From assembly GCA_947589145.1 (NCBI GenBank), contig CANQCB010000001.1, forward strand, positions 1-46,012: a DNA stretch of 46,012 nucleotides, in the 5' to 3' direction. Numbering within the stretch: the stretch's first letter is position 1; each line of letters begins with the position of its first letter. The DNA is from an uncultured Clostridia bacterium (GTDB lineage: Bacteria; Bacillota; Clostridia; Christensenellales; Pumilibacteraceae). The notes under the pieces were generated by a model. It ran no database searches. It saw nothing but the letters and a program-made list of their open reading frames with translations, and had not been told where the DNA came from. Positions 36,950 to 46,012 of this stretch are shown here, piece after piece. Made by a program: the position numbers and the translations under genes.

Positions 36950-38320
36950 ATGAAACTTTGGGCGGGAAGATTCGAAAGCGAAATTGACAAAGAGGCGGAC
37001 AGTTTTAACAGTTCGCTCAACTTTGACAAGCGCCTTTATTACTATGACATAACGGGAAGCAAGGCACATTGCACCATGCTCGGAAAATGCGGTATTATTC
37101 CCGCGGCGGAAGCGGATATTATCGTTAAGGCATTGGACGGCATTCTCGCCGATATAGAAAGCGGTATGACCGTCATTGAAAACGCGGAGGACATTCATTC
37201 TTTCGTCGAAAACGAGCTCGTCTCTCGAATCGGCGAAGTGGGCAAAAAATTGCACACGGGTCGCTCGCGCAACGATCAGATCGCGCTCGACATAAGGCTC
37301 TTTCTCCGCGACGCCGCAAAAAATATTATCGCACTTATAAAATCGCTTATCAAGCAACTTGTGGAAATCTCCGAAAACAATCTCGAAACCGTTATGCCTG
37401 CCTTCACGCACCTGCAAAAGGCTCAGCCCACAACGCTTGCTCACCATTTTATGGCATACGCCGAGATGTTTGCGCGCGACGTAAAGCGTTTCAAAGAAGC
37501 GCTCGATCGCATTAACGTTATGCCATTGGGCAGCGGCGCTTGCACTTCTACGTCCTACCCTATTAACCGCGAAATGGTCGCCGAGCTTCTCGACTTCCCC
37601 GCAATTACCTCAAACTCCATGGACGCTGTCAGCGATCGCGACTTCGTAATAGACTTCATAAGCGCCGCTTCAATCGCTATGATGCACCTGTCGCGCTTCT
37701 CCGAGGAAATTATAATATGGTCGTCCGACGAATACAAGTATGTCGAGCTGAGCGACAAATTTTCCACCGGTTCGAGCATTATGCCGCAAAAGAAAAACCC
37801 CGACATGAACGAGCTGCTCCGCGGTAAAACCGGTCGCGTATACGGCGATCTCATGAGCATTCTGACGGTTATGAAGGGTATTCCCCTCGCTTACGATAAG
37901 GATTTGCAAGAGGACAAAGAATGCGTATTCGACGCGTATGATACGTTAAAGGCATGCCTCGGCATATTTACCGCCCTTCTCGGGGACATGAAGATCAACA
38001 AAGACAGACTTCGAGAAAGTACCGACGGAGGATTTACGGGCGCGACGGAATGCGCGGACTACCTTGCAAAGCGCGGCGTTCCTTTCCGCGACGCACACTC
38101 GATTATCGGGCAGCTTGTGGTGTACTGTATCAAAAACGGCAAAACGCTTCAAACGCTTACTCTCGATGAGTATAATAAGTTCGGCGACTTCCGCGAAGAT
38201 ATCTTCGACGTTATCAAGCCCGAAAACGCCATTGCCCGTCGCACCGCTCCCGGCTCTCCTTCTGTAAAAGCCATGAAGGACGAAATCGACAAGATGAAAA
38301 AATTCCTTACCAAAGCCTGA
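36950..38320 (+). CDS. argH: argininosuccinate lyase
   Basis: 'KLWAGRF' and the fumarate-lyase signature 'GSSIMPQKKNPD'. Confidence 0.95.
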   Translation: MKLWAGRFESEIDKEADSFNSSLNFDKRLYYYDITGSKAHCTMLGKCGIIPAAEADIIVKALDGILADIESGMTVIENAEDIHSFVENELVSRIGEVGKKLHTGRSRNDQIALDIRLFLRDAAKNIIALIKSLIKQLVEISENNLETVMPAFTHLQKAQPTTLAHHFMAYAEMFARDVKRFKEALDRINVMPLGSGACTSTSYPINREMVAELLDFPAITSNSMDAVSDRDFVIDFISAASIAMMHLSRFSEEIIIWSSDEYKYVELSDKFSTGSSIMPQKKNPDMNELLRGKTGRVYGDLMSILTVMKGIPLAYDKDLQEDKECVFDAYDTLKACLGIFTALLGDMKINKDRLRESTDGGFTGATECADYLAKRGVPFRDAHSIIGQLVVYCIKNGKTLQTLTLDEYNKFGDFREDIFDVIKPENAIARRTAPGSPSVKAMKDEIDKMKKFLTKA

Positions 38321-38351
38321 CGCGGCAAAACAACATTAAACGATAACATAA

Positions 38352-38390
38352 ACAGTCCCAAGCAACCGCCTCGGGACTGTTTTGTTTTTT
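38352..38390. terminator. intrinsic terminator after argH
   Basis: ACAGTCCC (38352-38359) pairs with GGGACTGT (38373-38380), followed by TTTGTTTTTT. Confidence 0.75.
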
Positions 38391-38394
38391 CGGT

Positions 38395-39297
38395 TTATAA
38401 ATATTGACTACACTTTGTTATATCTTTTACTACTGTGCCTATTATTGCGCTTCTAATCATCATTTCATTAATCCACTCCACATCACGTACTCCTATCTTT
38501 GACGGACGAAAGATCAGATGCGTCATATCCAGCGAGTCTTTGGGGCGTTTTAACGTCTTCTTACAATCAAAATATGCAACATCCCATGGAACACATTCTA
38601 TATGATTTGTAACAAGCGTAATAACTCTACTGTCCGAAAGCGGAAAAATATAATATAGTGGCACTTTTAACGTTTTCCCATTGGGCGTGTCAGTTTCCCC
38701 ATTAACTACGGCAGGATAACAATCGGTAATATGAAAATCTATTCCGCCTTTTCTTTCAAGAATACACATATAAAACCCAAAATATTCATGTTCAATAAGG
38801 CGTTTAATCATGTCATTTATCTCGGGATTGGCAAAAACGTCGTTAAAACATCGACACTGACTTATGAGGTGAACATTTTTCAGCCAAAAATCTTTCATTT
38901 CCGCAGCAGAAGTAGCACCATACAATTTTATATACTTGTCAGACATGTTATTAAATTGGTCTCTTGTATTAACCGTGCGAAACGTAAGCAAATAAAGAAA
39001 AACTCGCAAGTGGTCATATTCTTCACGCGTCAAACTGATTTCATCTTCTGTGTTGATTTTTTTGAATATGGGGGCTACATCTGCCTCAAACCTTGCCAGA
39101 CTTTCTTCAATTTCCAATTGCCCTTCTTCTTTTGAATACAAATATTTTTCCATAAAAATATCCGATACAAAAATAGTTGAATATTCATCTTCTCCTTTCT
39201 CAAAGAAAAACACCTTGTCCTTATCGTAGGAAAAGTTTTTCAATATAAATTGCGGAATGTAATGTTGCCGCACATGAGATTTTTGTGATTTATCCAT
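38395..39297 (-). CDS. DUF4238-domain protein
   Basis: The N-terminal hallmark 'RQHYIPQFILKNF' matches the DUF4238 motif HY(V/I)PQFYL(K/R)NF. The protein is 300 aa. The gene is visibly AT-rich relative to its neighbours. Confidence 0.75.
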   Translation of the reverse strand: MDKSQKSHVRQHYIPQFILKNFSYDKDKVFFFEKGEDEYSTIFVSDIFMEKYLYSKEEGQLEIEESLARFEADVAPIFKKINTEDEISLTREEYDHLRVFLYLLTFRTVNTRDQFNNMSDKYIKLYGATSAAEMKDFWLKNVHLISQCRCFNDVFANPEINDMIKRLIEHEYFGFYMCILERKGGIDFHITDCYPAVVNGETDTPNGKTLKVPLYYIFPLSDSRVITLVTNHIECVPWDVAYFDCKKTLKRPKDSLDMTHLIFRPSKIGVRDVEWINEMMIRSAIIGTVVKDITKCSQYL

Positions 39298-39423
39298 TAT
39301 TCTGTAATTTATCTTACCTATTCGAATATCTATCTTAAAATGCGTGAAAATTAAAAACTATCTTATATAAATTCACAGAGTAAACAGAAAATAAATAAAT
39401 TCATTTCGACCAACCGAAACGCA

Positions 39424-40146
39424 TTATTTGGTTATTTCTATTTTCTTTTTTCTATCTTTCTTTTTATCGCGAATAAACATAACGCCGATTACCGCGGCAA
39501 GAATGAGAACTACTATGCCGATTGATACGGGAAGTCCCCAGGTGTCGAGCGCATTTATTACAGGATCTCCGAGAAAAGTTATGAGCGCAATCATTATCGG
39601 CCTCGTAAGAGCTATGATAATCGCAAAGACCCCCACTTTCATGGTACTGAGCCCGGCAACCATACAGAGTACGTCGTCGGGAAAACAAGGAAGCGCCATC
39701 ATGAGTATAAAGAAAAGATTTCCCTTCTTTTCAAGAATTTTGGCATATTTCTCCGTTTTATCCTTGCCGACAAGCCAGGCGACGACTTTTTTGCCGAACA
39801 GTCTTCCCAAGAAAAAGCATACGAACGAACCTAAGAACGTGCAACCGACCGTTATAAAGAATACCGACCACTCATTATCAAATACGAGAACGGCAGCAAT
39901 GTTGGTCAACGTTGACGGTATGGGAAGTATTATTACTTGAAGCAAAACTATCACGCCGTAAACGAACAATCCCCAACCGCCAAAACCTGCCATCCATTCT
40001 TTTATTGCGTCAAGGCTGTGGAATTTTTCCCACAAACCGAACGCGTTGAAAATAGTCGCGCAAACTCCGAGTATTGTAGCGCAGACCGCGACGATTATCA
40101 CGATTTTTCTTACGAATGAAAAACTGTTTTGCTTCTTGTCGTTCAC
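39424..40146 (-). CDS. TVP38/TMEM64 (DedA-related, VTT-domain) membrane protein
   Basis: A multi-TM protein with 'PIPSTLTNIAAVLVF...FLGSFVCFFLGRLFGKK'. Its ATG overlaps the rnhA stop by 4 nt. Confidence 0.8.
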   Translation of the reverse strand: MNDKKQNSFSFVRKIVIIVAVCATILGVCATIFNAFGLWEKFHSLDAIKEWMAGFGGWGLFVYGVIVLLQVIILPIPSTLTNIAAVLVFDNEWSVFFITVGCTFLGSFVCFFLGRLFGKKVVAWLVGKDKTEKYAKILEKKGNLFFILMMALPCFPDDVLCMVAGLSTMKVGVFAIIIALTRPIMIALITFLGDPVINALDTWGLPVSIGIVVLILAAVIGVMFIRDKKKDRKKKIEITK

Positions 40147-40562
40147 TGTTTTTTAATCTCGCCTCTTGCGAGTTCGTCGCATCGGTTATTGAGCTCGTTG
40201 TCAGAATGCCCTTTTACTTTATTGAATTTCACGTTATGGATCTTAGTAAGCCCAATGAGAGTATGCCACAAATCCGCATTTTTAACATTGCGCCATGCTC
40301 GCTTTTCCCAACCGCTTATCCAATTCTCGGCAAATGCGTTTACGACATAGGTTGAATCGCTGTACACTTCGACGTCGCAAGGTTCTTTAAGCGCCGTAAG
40401 CCCCTCAATTACCGCTCTGAGCTCCATTTTATTGTTTGTGGTAAGTTGCTCGCCGCCACTTATTTCGCGCCTGAAATCGCCGTATAAGAGCACGCAAGCC
40501 CAACCGCCCTTCCCCGGGTTTCCGCTGCACGCTCCGTCAGTATAAAGAGTTACCTTTTTCAT
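40143..40562 (-). CDS. rnhA: ribonuclease HI
   Basis: 'LYTDGACSGNPGKGGW', 'NNKMELRAV', 'VYSDSTYV' and 'KGHSDNELNNRCDELA' (DEDD residues). Confidence 0.92.
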   Translation of the reverse strand: MKKVTLYTDGACSGNPGKGGWACVLLYGDFRREISGGEQLTTNNKMELRAVIEGLTALKEPCDVEVYSDSTYVVNAFAENWISGWEKRAWRNVKNADLWHTLIGLTKIHNVKFNKVKGHSDNELNNRCDELARGEIKKQ

Positions 40563-41344
40563 TTTTTCCCGAGCTCCGCGCTACGAGCAATAGCGGCGTC
40601 TATTGCGGAGATAACCGTCTCGTCGAATTTCCCTTCATCGAGTTTATAAATTCCCTCAATCGTAGTTCCGCCCTTGCTGCATACGTTATTTATCGTAGTC
40701 TGCATTTCGTCCATGCTATTTGCCGATTTAAGCACGTCCATGCACGCCGCAATGCAATAGAGCACGAGCTCCTTGGACTGCTCGAAACTCAACCCGTGCT
40801 TGACGCCGCATTCAGTCATAGCCTTTGCGTATCTGAACGTATATGCGGGAGAAGATCCCGTAAGTCCCGTTATCGTATCGAAGAAACTCTCATCGAGATA
40901 TGCCGCAAGCCCGAAGGAATTAAGAAAAACCGAGACGGTTTTCTCCTCTTCTTCGGTCAACCCGATATAGCAATATGCGTTTACCGCTTTTTTAACTCGT
41001 GCGCAAAGATTTGGCATTACGCGCACGATTTTATTTGCACCCTCGCACAGCGACGATAATTTCGCAATATCCATTCCCGCCATAATGGAAATTACCGTCT
41101 TTCCCGAAAAGTCCAACCCGTCAAGCGCGTCTTTTGCGGACTGCGGTTTTATTGACAAAAAGACATAATCGGAATGTTTTACGACTGCCGCATTGTCGTT
41201 CAGCATTTCGGCGACTCCGTTCGCCGACTGTGCGTTAATATCGCTCGCATAAATCGCCGTAATATCGGGATTGTCCGAAAGAGAATCTGCGATGGCTTTT
41301 GCCATATTACCGTAACCAATAAAACCTACTTTGCATTTGTTCAT
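40559..41344 (-). CDS. proC: pyrroline-5-carboxylate reductase
   Basis: Rossmann 'VGFIGYGNMAKAI', 'GSSPAY' and 'SKGGTT'. The ATG at 41344 lies 7 nt after GGAG. Confidence 0.9.
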   Translation of the reverse strand: MNKCKVGFIGYGNMAKAIADSLSDNPDITAIYASDINAQSANGVAEMLNDNAAVVKHSDYVFLSIKPQSAKDALDGLDFSGKTVISIMAGMDIAKLSSLCEGANKIVRVMPNLCARVKKAVNAYCYIGLTEEEEKTVSVFLNSFGLAAYLDESFFDTITGLTGSSPAYTFRYAKAMTECGVKHGLSFEQSKELVLYCIAACMDVLKSANSMDEMQTTINNVCSKGGTTIEGIYKLDEGKFDETVISAIDAAIARSAELGKK

Positions 41345-41361
41345 AATAAACTCCAAAATGT

Positions 41362-41390
41362 TTGACAAAATTTTTTCGATATAATATAAT
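41362..41390 (+). promoter_or_regulatory. promoter TTGACA-17-TATAAT for tRNA-Trp
   Basis: TTGACA at 41362-41367, a 17-nt spacer, then TATAAT at 41385-41390. This lies 11 nt before the tRNA 5' end. Confidence 0.6.
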
Positions 41391-41401
41391 ACTCACGGCA
41401 T

Positions 41402-41475
41402 AGGGGATTGGTCTAGTGGTATGACAAGGGTCTCCAAAACCTTTGGTGGGAGTTCGATTCTCTCATCCCCTGCCA
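41402..41475 (+). tRNA. trnW: tRNA-Trp (anticodon CCA), CCA end encoded
   Basis: Hand-folded cloverleaf. Acceptor AGGGGAT/ATCCCCT. Anticodon arm AGGGT-CTCCAAA-ACCTT. T arm GGGAG-TTCGATT-CTCTC. Discriminator G followed by CCA. Confidence 0.9.
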
Positions 41476-41477
41476 AT

Positions 41478-41511
41478 AACCGCGTTTGAGTATTCGAGCG
41501 CGGTTTTTTCG
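41478..41511 (+). terminator. intrinsic terminator after tRNA-Trp
   Basis: AACCGCG (41478-41484) pairs with CGCGGTT (41499-41505), followed by TTTTT. Confidence 0.75.
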
Positions 41512-41618
41512 AGCCTTAATAATTATGTCACATTTTTTCGGCATTGTCAAGACGTACCAAACGGAGTTTATAACCAAAAAGTAAAACCGAAAAAATAATT
41601 ATATTCCGATAAATGTAA

Positions 41619-41647
41619 TTGACCAAATGGCAAGCTATTGTTATAAT
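41619..41647 (+). promoter_or_regulatory. promoter TTGACC-17-TATAAT ending 9 nt before the ATG at 41657
   Basis: TTGACC at 41619-41624, a 17-nt spacer, then TATAAT at 41642-41647. The tracked start at 41627 lies inside this promoter. Confidence 0.55.
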
Positions 41648-41656
41648 ATATCCATT

Positions 41657-41866
41657 ATGGAAATTTCTCGATTGGAAAATGGTTGTCTTTATGTTCTTAA
41701 ATGCGACAAATTCAATGTACGCGGAATTTTTTCTGCGATAGAAAACGGCAAAATAGTACTAAACGACGCCGTCGTATTTTTATCCGACAACGAAAAAGTC
41801 GACTTCATCGCTCACGACATTTTCGCCTTGAACGAGCGTATTATAAAAGAAATCGATCAAATATAA
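41657..41866 (+). CDS. small hypothetical protein (69 aa)
   Basis: An open frame with its own promoter and a strong downstream terminator. I recognise no family ('MEISRLENGCLYVLKCDKFNVRGIFSAIENGKIVLNDAVVF...'). Confidence 0.5.
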   Translation: MEISRLENGCLYVLKCDKFNVRGIFSAIENGKIVLNDAVVFLSDNEKVDFIAHDIFALNERIIKEIDQI

Positions 41867-41913
41867 TTTTGTAACGAAAATTATTTTTTACAAAAGTTCG
41901 GAATTTCAATAAA

Positions 41914-41953
41914 GCAATGCCCTTCGAAATTTACTTTCGAAGGGCATTATTGC
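41914..41953. terminator. bidirectional intrinsic terminator between the small ORF and rny
   Basis: AATGCCCTTCGAAA (41916-41929) pairs with TTTCGAAGGGCATT (41935-41948), a 14-bp perfect stem flanked by A/T runs. Confidence 0.8.
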
Positions 41954-41978
41954 TCAAAATATTTTTGTCGTTCTTTGT

Positions 41979-43586
41979 TTATTTCGCGTAATCTACGCTA
42001 CGCAATTCTCTTATGACGTTGACTTTGATCTGCCCGGGATATTGCATTTCGCTTTCTATCTGCTTTGCAATGTCTCTTGCGAGGAACACGGTCGCCGCGT
42101 CGTCCACCACCTCGGGCTTAACGATAATGCGTACTTCACGTCCCGCTTGAATGGCAAACGATTTTTCGACGCCCGCATGAGAGTTCGCGATACTTTCGAG
42201 TTGTTCGAGGCGTTTGACATAATTTTCGAGAGATTCGCGTCTTGCGCCCGGTCTTGCTCCGCTGATCGCGTCGGCGCACTGGATGATGATGGCCTCGATT
42301 GTCTTGGGCTCGATATCGTTGTGGTGAGCGGCAATACAGTGAATGACTTCCTCATTCTCTTTATATTTTTTGGCAATATCCACGCCGATTGAAATATGAG
42401 TTCCCTCCGTTTCATGGTCGATGGATTTACCGATATCGTGAAGAAGTCCGGCGCGTTTGCACACCGCCACGTTCGCGCCGAGTTCGGCGGCAAGGTTGCC
42501 GGCAAGGTGAGCGACTTCTATGGAGTGTTTAAGCACGTTTTGACCGTAACTCGTACGGAATTTCATTCTGCCGAGCAGGCGTACAAGTTCGGGATTAAGA
42601 TTGAATACGCCCGTCTCGAACATTGCGTTTTCGCCCGCTTCTTTTATCTGCGCGTCGATTTCTTTGGTCGCTTTTGCAACGATATCCTCGATTCTTCCCG
42701 GGTGAATGCGGCCGTCCGAAATAAGTTTTTCCAACGTTACGCGCGCAATTTCTCTGCGTATCGGGTCAAAAGCCGAAAGAACAACCGTATCCGGCGTATC
42801 GTCTATTATAAAGTCAACACCCGTGGCTTGCTCGAGCGCCTTTATGTTGCGACCCTCACGGCCTATTATCCTGCCCTTCATTTCGTCGTTCGGAAGCGTG
42901 ACCGTCGAAACGGTAATTTCCGAGCTGTGATCGACAGCGCACCTCTGCACGGATAGCGCTATAATTTCCTTTGCTTTTCTTTCTCCTTCCTCTTTGGCTT
43001 GAAGTTCGATATCGCGCACAAGTTTTGCGGCGTCGCGCTTCGCTTCGTCCTCCATGGCGGAAATAAGCTGATTTTTGGCGTCCTCTTTGCTTAATTTGGA
43101 GACTTTTTCGAGTTCTTCCAACATGCGCTCGTGCGCTTCGTTGACCTCTGCCTTCTTTGCGTTTAATTCTTCCTGCTGAGCGGCAAGGTTATTTTTAATT
43201 TCCTCTATTCCCTCTAATTTTGCGTCGAGATTAGCCTCTTTCTTTTCCAACTGCCCTTCTCTTTTATCGAGAGAAGATTCGCGCTGTTCTAAACGTTGTT
43301 CGGATTTTTGCACTTCGTTCGCGCGCTCGCGCAACTCGTTTTCCAACGCAATTCTTTCCTTTTTCACTTCCGCTCTACCCTCGGCGATCGCCTCTTTTCT
43401 GAGAGATTTTGCCTCGTTTAGCGCTGCTTCGATTTTGTTGATAGCTAATTGTTCTGATTTACCGATCTTATTCTTTTTTAACAAGTAAAATATCAGTATT
43501 CCGACGACTGCCCCGACGATGAGCCCCACAATGGGCAGGACTATCGCCAATACGGTAGAAACGTCGGCTATAAGATTTGCTCCCAT
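41979..43586 (-). CDS. rny: ribonuclease Y
   Basis: N-terminal TM helix, coiled coil, KH '[15 protein letters not shown]', and HD 'AGLLHDIGK'. Confidence 0.95.
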   Translation of the reverse strand: MGANLIADVSTVLAIVLPIVGLIVGAVVGILIFYLLKKNKIGKSEQLAINKIEAALNEAKSLRKEAIAEGRAEVKKERIALENELRERANEVQKSEQRLEQRESSLDKREGQLEKKEANLDAKLEGIEEIKNNLAAQQEELNAKKAEVNEAHERMLEELEKVSKLSKEDAKNQLISAMEDEAKRDAAKLVRDIELQAKEEGERKAKEIIALSVQRCAVDHSSEITVSTVTLPNDEMKGRIIGREGRNIKALEQATGVDFIIDDTPDTVVLSAFDPIRREIARVTLEKLISDGRIHPGRIEDIVAKATKEIDAQIKEAGENAMFETGVFNLNPELVRLLGRMKFRTSYGQNVLKHSIEVAHLAGNLAAELGANVAVCKRAGLLHDIGKSIDHETEGTHISIGVDIAKKYKENEEVIHCIAAHHNDIEPKTIEAIIIQCADAISGARPGARRESLENYVKRLEQLESIANSHAGVEKSFAIQAGREVRIIVKPEVVDDAATVFLARDIAKQIESEMQYPGQIKVNVIRELRSVDYAK

Positions 43587-43643
43587 GATAACCTCCTTTC
43601 GGTTTTTATATATTTAATGCTATTGAGCTGATAACATACTGAA

Positions 43644-44663
43644 TTATTCGGCGGTTTTTGCCGCATATGCGCTGCGTATCTTGCCTTCGATTTCATCGGA
43701 AAGTTCTTTATTCGTTTCCAACATCGAGCGGAGTTTTTCACGCCCCTGCGCAATACGTTCGCCGTTATAACCGAACCAGGAACCGCTCTTTGTAAGAATT
43801 TCATATTCGAGTCCCATGTCGATTATGCACCCTTCGCGGCTGATTCCTTTACCGTAAATAATGTCGAATTCCGCCGTCTTGAACGGGGGCGCCATTTTGT
43901 TTTTAACTACTTTTACCTTTACTCTGTTTCCGACAATATTGGTTCCGTCTTTTACGGAATCCACTTTTCGTATATCGAGACGAATAGACGTGTAGAATTT
44001 GAGCGCCTTTCCTCCCGTGGTAGTTTCGGGCGAGCCGAAGAAAACGCCCACTTTTTCACGAAGTTGATTGATGAAAATCACCAAAGTATTGGATTTTTCC
44101 ACGGGCGCTACAAGTTTTCTGAGCGCCTTGGACATAAGTCTTGCTTGAAGCCCGATCTGACTGTCCTCCATTTCGCCGTCTATCTCGGCCTTAGGAGTAA
44201 GCGCCGCAACCGAGTCTACGACTATAACATCAATAGCCCCGCTGCTTACGAGTTCTTCCACGATATTAAGGGCTTGTTCGCCGTTATCGGGCTGTGAAAC
44301 ATAAAGATTGCCCGGGTCTATTCCCAAATTTTTGGCATAATAAGGGTCGAGCGCATGTTCTGCGTCTATGAACGCAACTTTGCCTCCCAATTTCTGCGCT
44401 TCCGCTATAACGTGCAACGTAAGCGTAGTTTTACCGCTTGATTCCGGTCCGTAAATCTCAACGATACGCCCTCTCGGCATGCCGCCTATTCCGAGCGCCA
44501 AATCGAGAGGAAGACAGCCCGTAGGGATTACCTCGACGTCTTTTACGGCGTCGTCGGTCATCTTCATTATTGCGCCTTCGCCGTTTTCTTTTTTGATTTT
44601 TGCGATTGCAAGTTCAAGTGCTTTTTCTCTTTCCGCATTTATTGCGTTTTTGTCCTTATCCAT
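43644..44663 (-). CDS. recA: recombinase RecA
   Basis: '[16 protein letters not shown]', '[10 protein letters not shown]' and 'VVDSVAAL'. Confidence 0.97.
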   Translation of the reverse strand: MDKDKNAINAEREKALELAIAKIKKENGEGAIMKMTDDAVKDVEVIPTGCLPLDLALGIGGMPRGRIVEIYGPESSGKTTLTLHVIAEAQKLGGKVAFIDAEHALDPYYAKNLGIDPGNLYVSQPDNGEQALNIVEELVSSGAIDVIVVDSVAALTPKAEIDGEMEDSQIGLQARLMSKALRKLVAPVEKSNTLVIFINQLREKVGVFFGSPETTTGGKALKFYTSIRLDIRKVDSVKDGTNIVGNRVKVKVVKNKMAPPFKTAEFDIIYGKGISREGCIIDMGLEYEILTKSGSWFGYNGERIAQGREKLRSMLETNKELSDEIEGKIRSAYAAKTAE

Positions 44664-44666
44664 TTA

Positions 44667-45749
44667 TTATTCTCCTTCACCGGTTCTGAGATATTTTCCC
44701 AACTCAAACAACGCTGTTTCTATGCCCGCCTGAGTTATCTCTTGCCTTATTTCTTCTGCCGATTTTTTATCGGCATTTTCTACCTTATGAAATCTTTCGA
44801 AAACGTGTATGGTCTTTCTGTCGCCGACAGCTACATAATACAGACCAACCTGCCCTTCTTTTTCCGAAGTCGGGCCTGCGTTTCCCGTGGTCGCAACCGC
44901 TATTTCGCACTTTGGATTTTCGAACAATCCGACCGCCATTTCGTATGCGGTATCTTCCGAAACCGCGCCGCTGTTTACCAAAGTCGTCTCGGAAACGCGC
45001 AAACGCGCCACTTTGGATTGGTTGGAATAGCAGACAACGCTTTCGATCAGCGAATTGCTCATTCCCGGAGTCGCGATCAATGCGGACGCCACTCCGCCGC
45101 CCGTAAACGATTCGGCAATACTCAATCTTTTGCCGCTGCGCATAAGCAAATCGGCCGTCTGCCCTGCAATGGAAATTTCCTTTGTTGCGTAAATGCAATC
45201 TTTTAACGCGCCGCCGATTCCGAGTATCGTCTCCTGTATCGCCGCAGACGGCAAGTTTTTCGAATATCTGATACGCACGTCGCATTTCAACCCGTCCTCG
45301 AAAAACTCGACAAATACCTTATTGCGCCCTTTTACAAACTCCTTGACCGCTTCTTTGAGTTCGACGGCAGACTTACCGAAAGTTTTGATAACGACGGTGT
45401 TGTAACTGTTTTTGGTCTTGGCGTTCAAAAGCGGTATTATCGTTTTTCTTACGATTTCCTCGTCAAAATTCGGCATGGGAACGTAATAACGATTACCTAT
45501 TCTGACATATCCGTAAGTATTTACGCCTGCTTCACCGAAATAGTCGTATAATGCGTCGAGATCACCGCTCGCAACAAACAACGACTCTTCCTGTATATCG
45601 TCGATAAGGTCATTTATGGATACCCCATCGTCAGCGAAAAATATCTTATCCACCTTATAATCTTTATCGGAAAGCATGACGGAAAAACGCTTGAAGTCAA
45701 AGCCGTTTTCAATTATTCGTCGTCCGATTAAAAGTAGATAAAGATTCAT
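44667..45749 (-). CDS. cinA: CinA-family protein: intact C-terminal PncC (NMN amidohydrolase) domain, degenerate N-terminal domain
   Basis: The C-terminus has 'LSIAESFTGGGVASAL', 'VVCYSNQSK' and 'IAVATTGNAGP'. The N-terminal ~190 aa keep only faint CinA resemblance ('YYVPMPNFDEEI' ~ 'YYMLLPGPPSEL'). Confidence 0.82.
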   Translation of the reverse strand: MNLYLLLIGRRIIENGFDFKRFSVMLSDKDYKVDKIFFADDGVSINDLIDDIQEESLFVASGDLDALYDYFGEAGVNTYGYVRIGNRYYVPMPNFDEEIVRKTIIPLLNAKTKNSYNTVVIKTFGKSAVELKEAVKEFVKGRNKVFVEFFEDGLKCDVRIRYSKNLPSAAIQETILGIGGALKDCIYATKEISIAGQTADLLMRSGKRLSIAESFTGGGVASALIATPGMSNSLIESVVCYSNQSKVARLRVSETTLVNSGAVSEDTAYEMAVGLFENPKCEIAVATTGNAGPTSEKEGQVGLYYVAVGDRKTIHVFERFHKVENADKKSAEEIRQEITQAGIETALFELGKYLRTGEGE

Positions 45750-45755
45750 AATGCT

Positions 45756-46012
45756 TTATGCGTCCTTGAAAATATCTTTATATTTGCGGCAATAAAGAAC
45801 GCAGGAAATGATAGCCATTACCATTGCCACCGCAAGACATGCGAAGCCGATATAGAATATTATCTGCGCCGCAAGCACGCTGAACAGCCACGTATCGGGC
45901 ACGAGAAGTATTATCATTATGCCCACCATTTGCAATACTGCCTTTATTTTGCCGGGCATGTCCGCCGAAACGGCCTTCCCGCTGCTCGACTTAAAGGACT
46001 TAAGCGCCATAA
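45756..46012 (-). CDS. pgsA: CDP-diacylglycerol--glycerol-3-phosphate 3-phosphatidyltransferase, C-terminal part only (gene runs off the window)
   Basis: 'GKIKAVLQMVGIMIILL' followed by TM helices. The pgsA-cinA-recA order is classic. Confidence 0.75.
   Translation of the reverse strand, partial: MALKSFKSSSGKAVSADMPGKIKAVLQMVGIMIILLVPDTWLFSVLAAQIIFYIGFACLAVAMVMAIISCVLYCRKYKDIFKDA

Noticed and set aside
1-46012. Searched by eye for CRISPR arrays, transposase or IS ends, rRNA, prophage structural genes, toxin-antitoxin pairs and restriction-modification genes.
   Set aside because: I saw no regularly spaced direct repeats, no transposase-like ORFs, and no matching protein motifs in any ORF of 60 aa or more.

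Overview
This is a chromosomal segment of a low-GC Gram-positive, Clostridia-like genome. Pointers to that lineage are T-box and L20-leader RNA control, a Cheo-type LexA box, RNase Y and a Spo0A-type domain. I call about 40 protein genes and one tRNA-Trp. Nearly all are housekeeping genes packed into operons: pheT-U32-mutS2; T-box-thrS; infC(ATT start)-rpmI-rplT; trmH-like-yebC-proA-radC; lexA; miaB-mutS-mutL-miaA-ynbB; a class A PBP; ruvC-ruvA-ruvB-queA-tgt-cysteine desulfurase-thiI; argG-argH; proC-rnhA-TVP38; rny; pgsA-cinA-recA. I saw no CRISPR array, transposase, rRNA or clear prophage. Non-core content sits in three places. (1) A monocistronic, receiver-less Spo0A C-terminal-domain protein lies at 6467-6829. 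(2) The 14.4-19.1 kb block holds lexA, a leaderless tyrosine recombinase, and a 442-bp AT-rich non-coding gap full of a repeated 12-mer. It also holds a DUF45/M48-like Zn-metallopeptidase gene divergent from a membrane-tethered PadR-type regulator, which is my best candidate for an undescribed module. (3) An AT-rich single-gene islet encodes a DUF4238 protein at 38395-39297. Two patterns recur. At least five sigma-A-type promoters sit 6-9 nt from the start codon, implying leaderless mRNAs. A 0A-box-like motif, TTTnnCGAATAA, recurs in intergenic regions next to the accessory genes. All product calls come from reading conserved motifs by eye. No database search, fold prediction or statistical scan was run.
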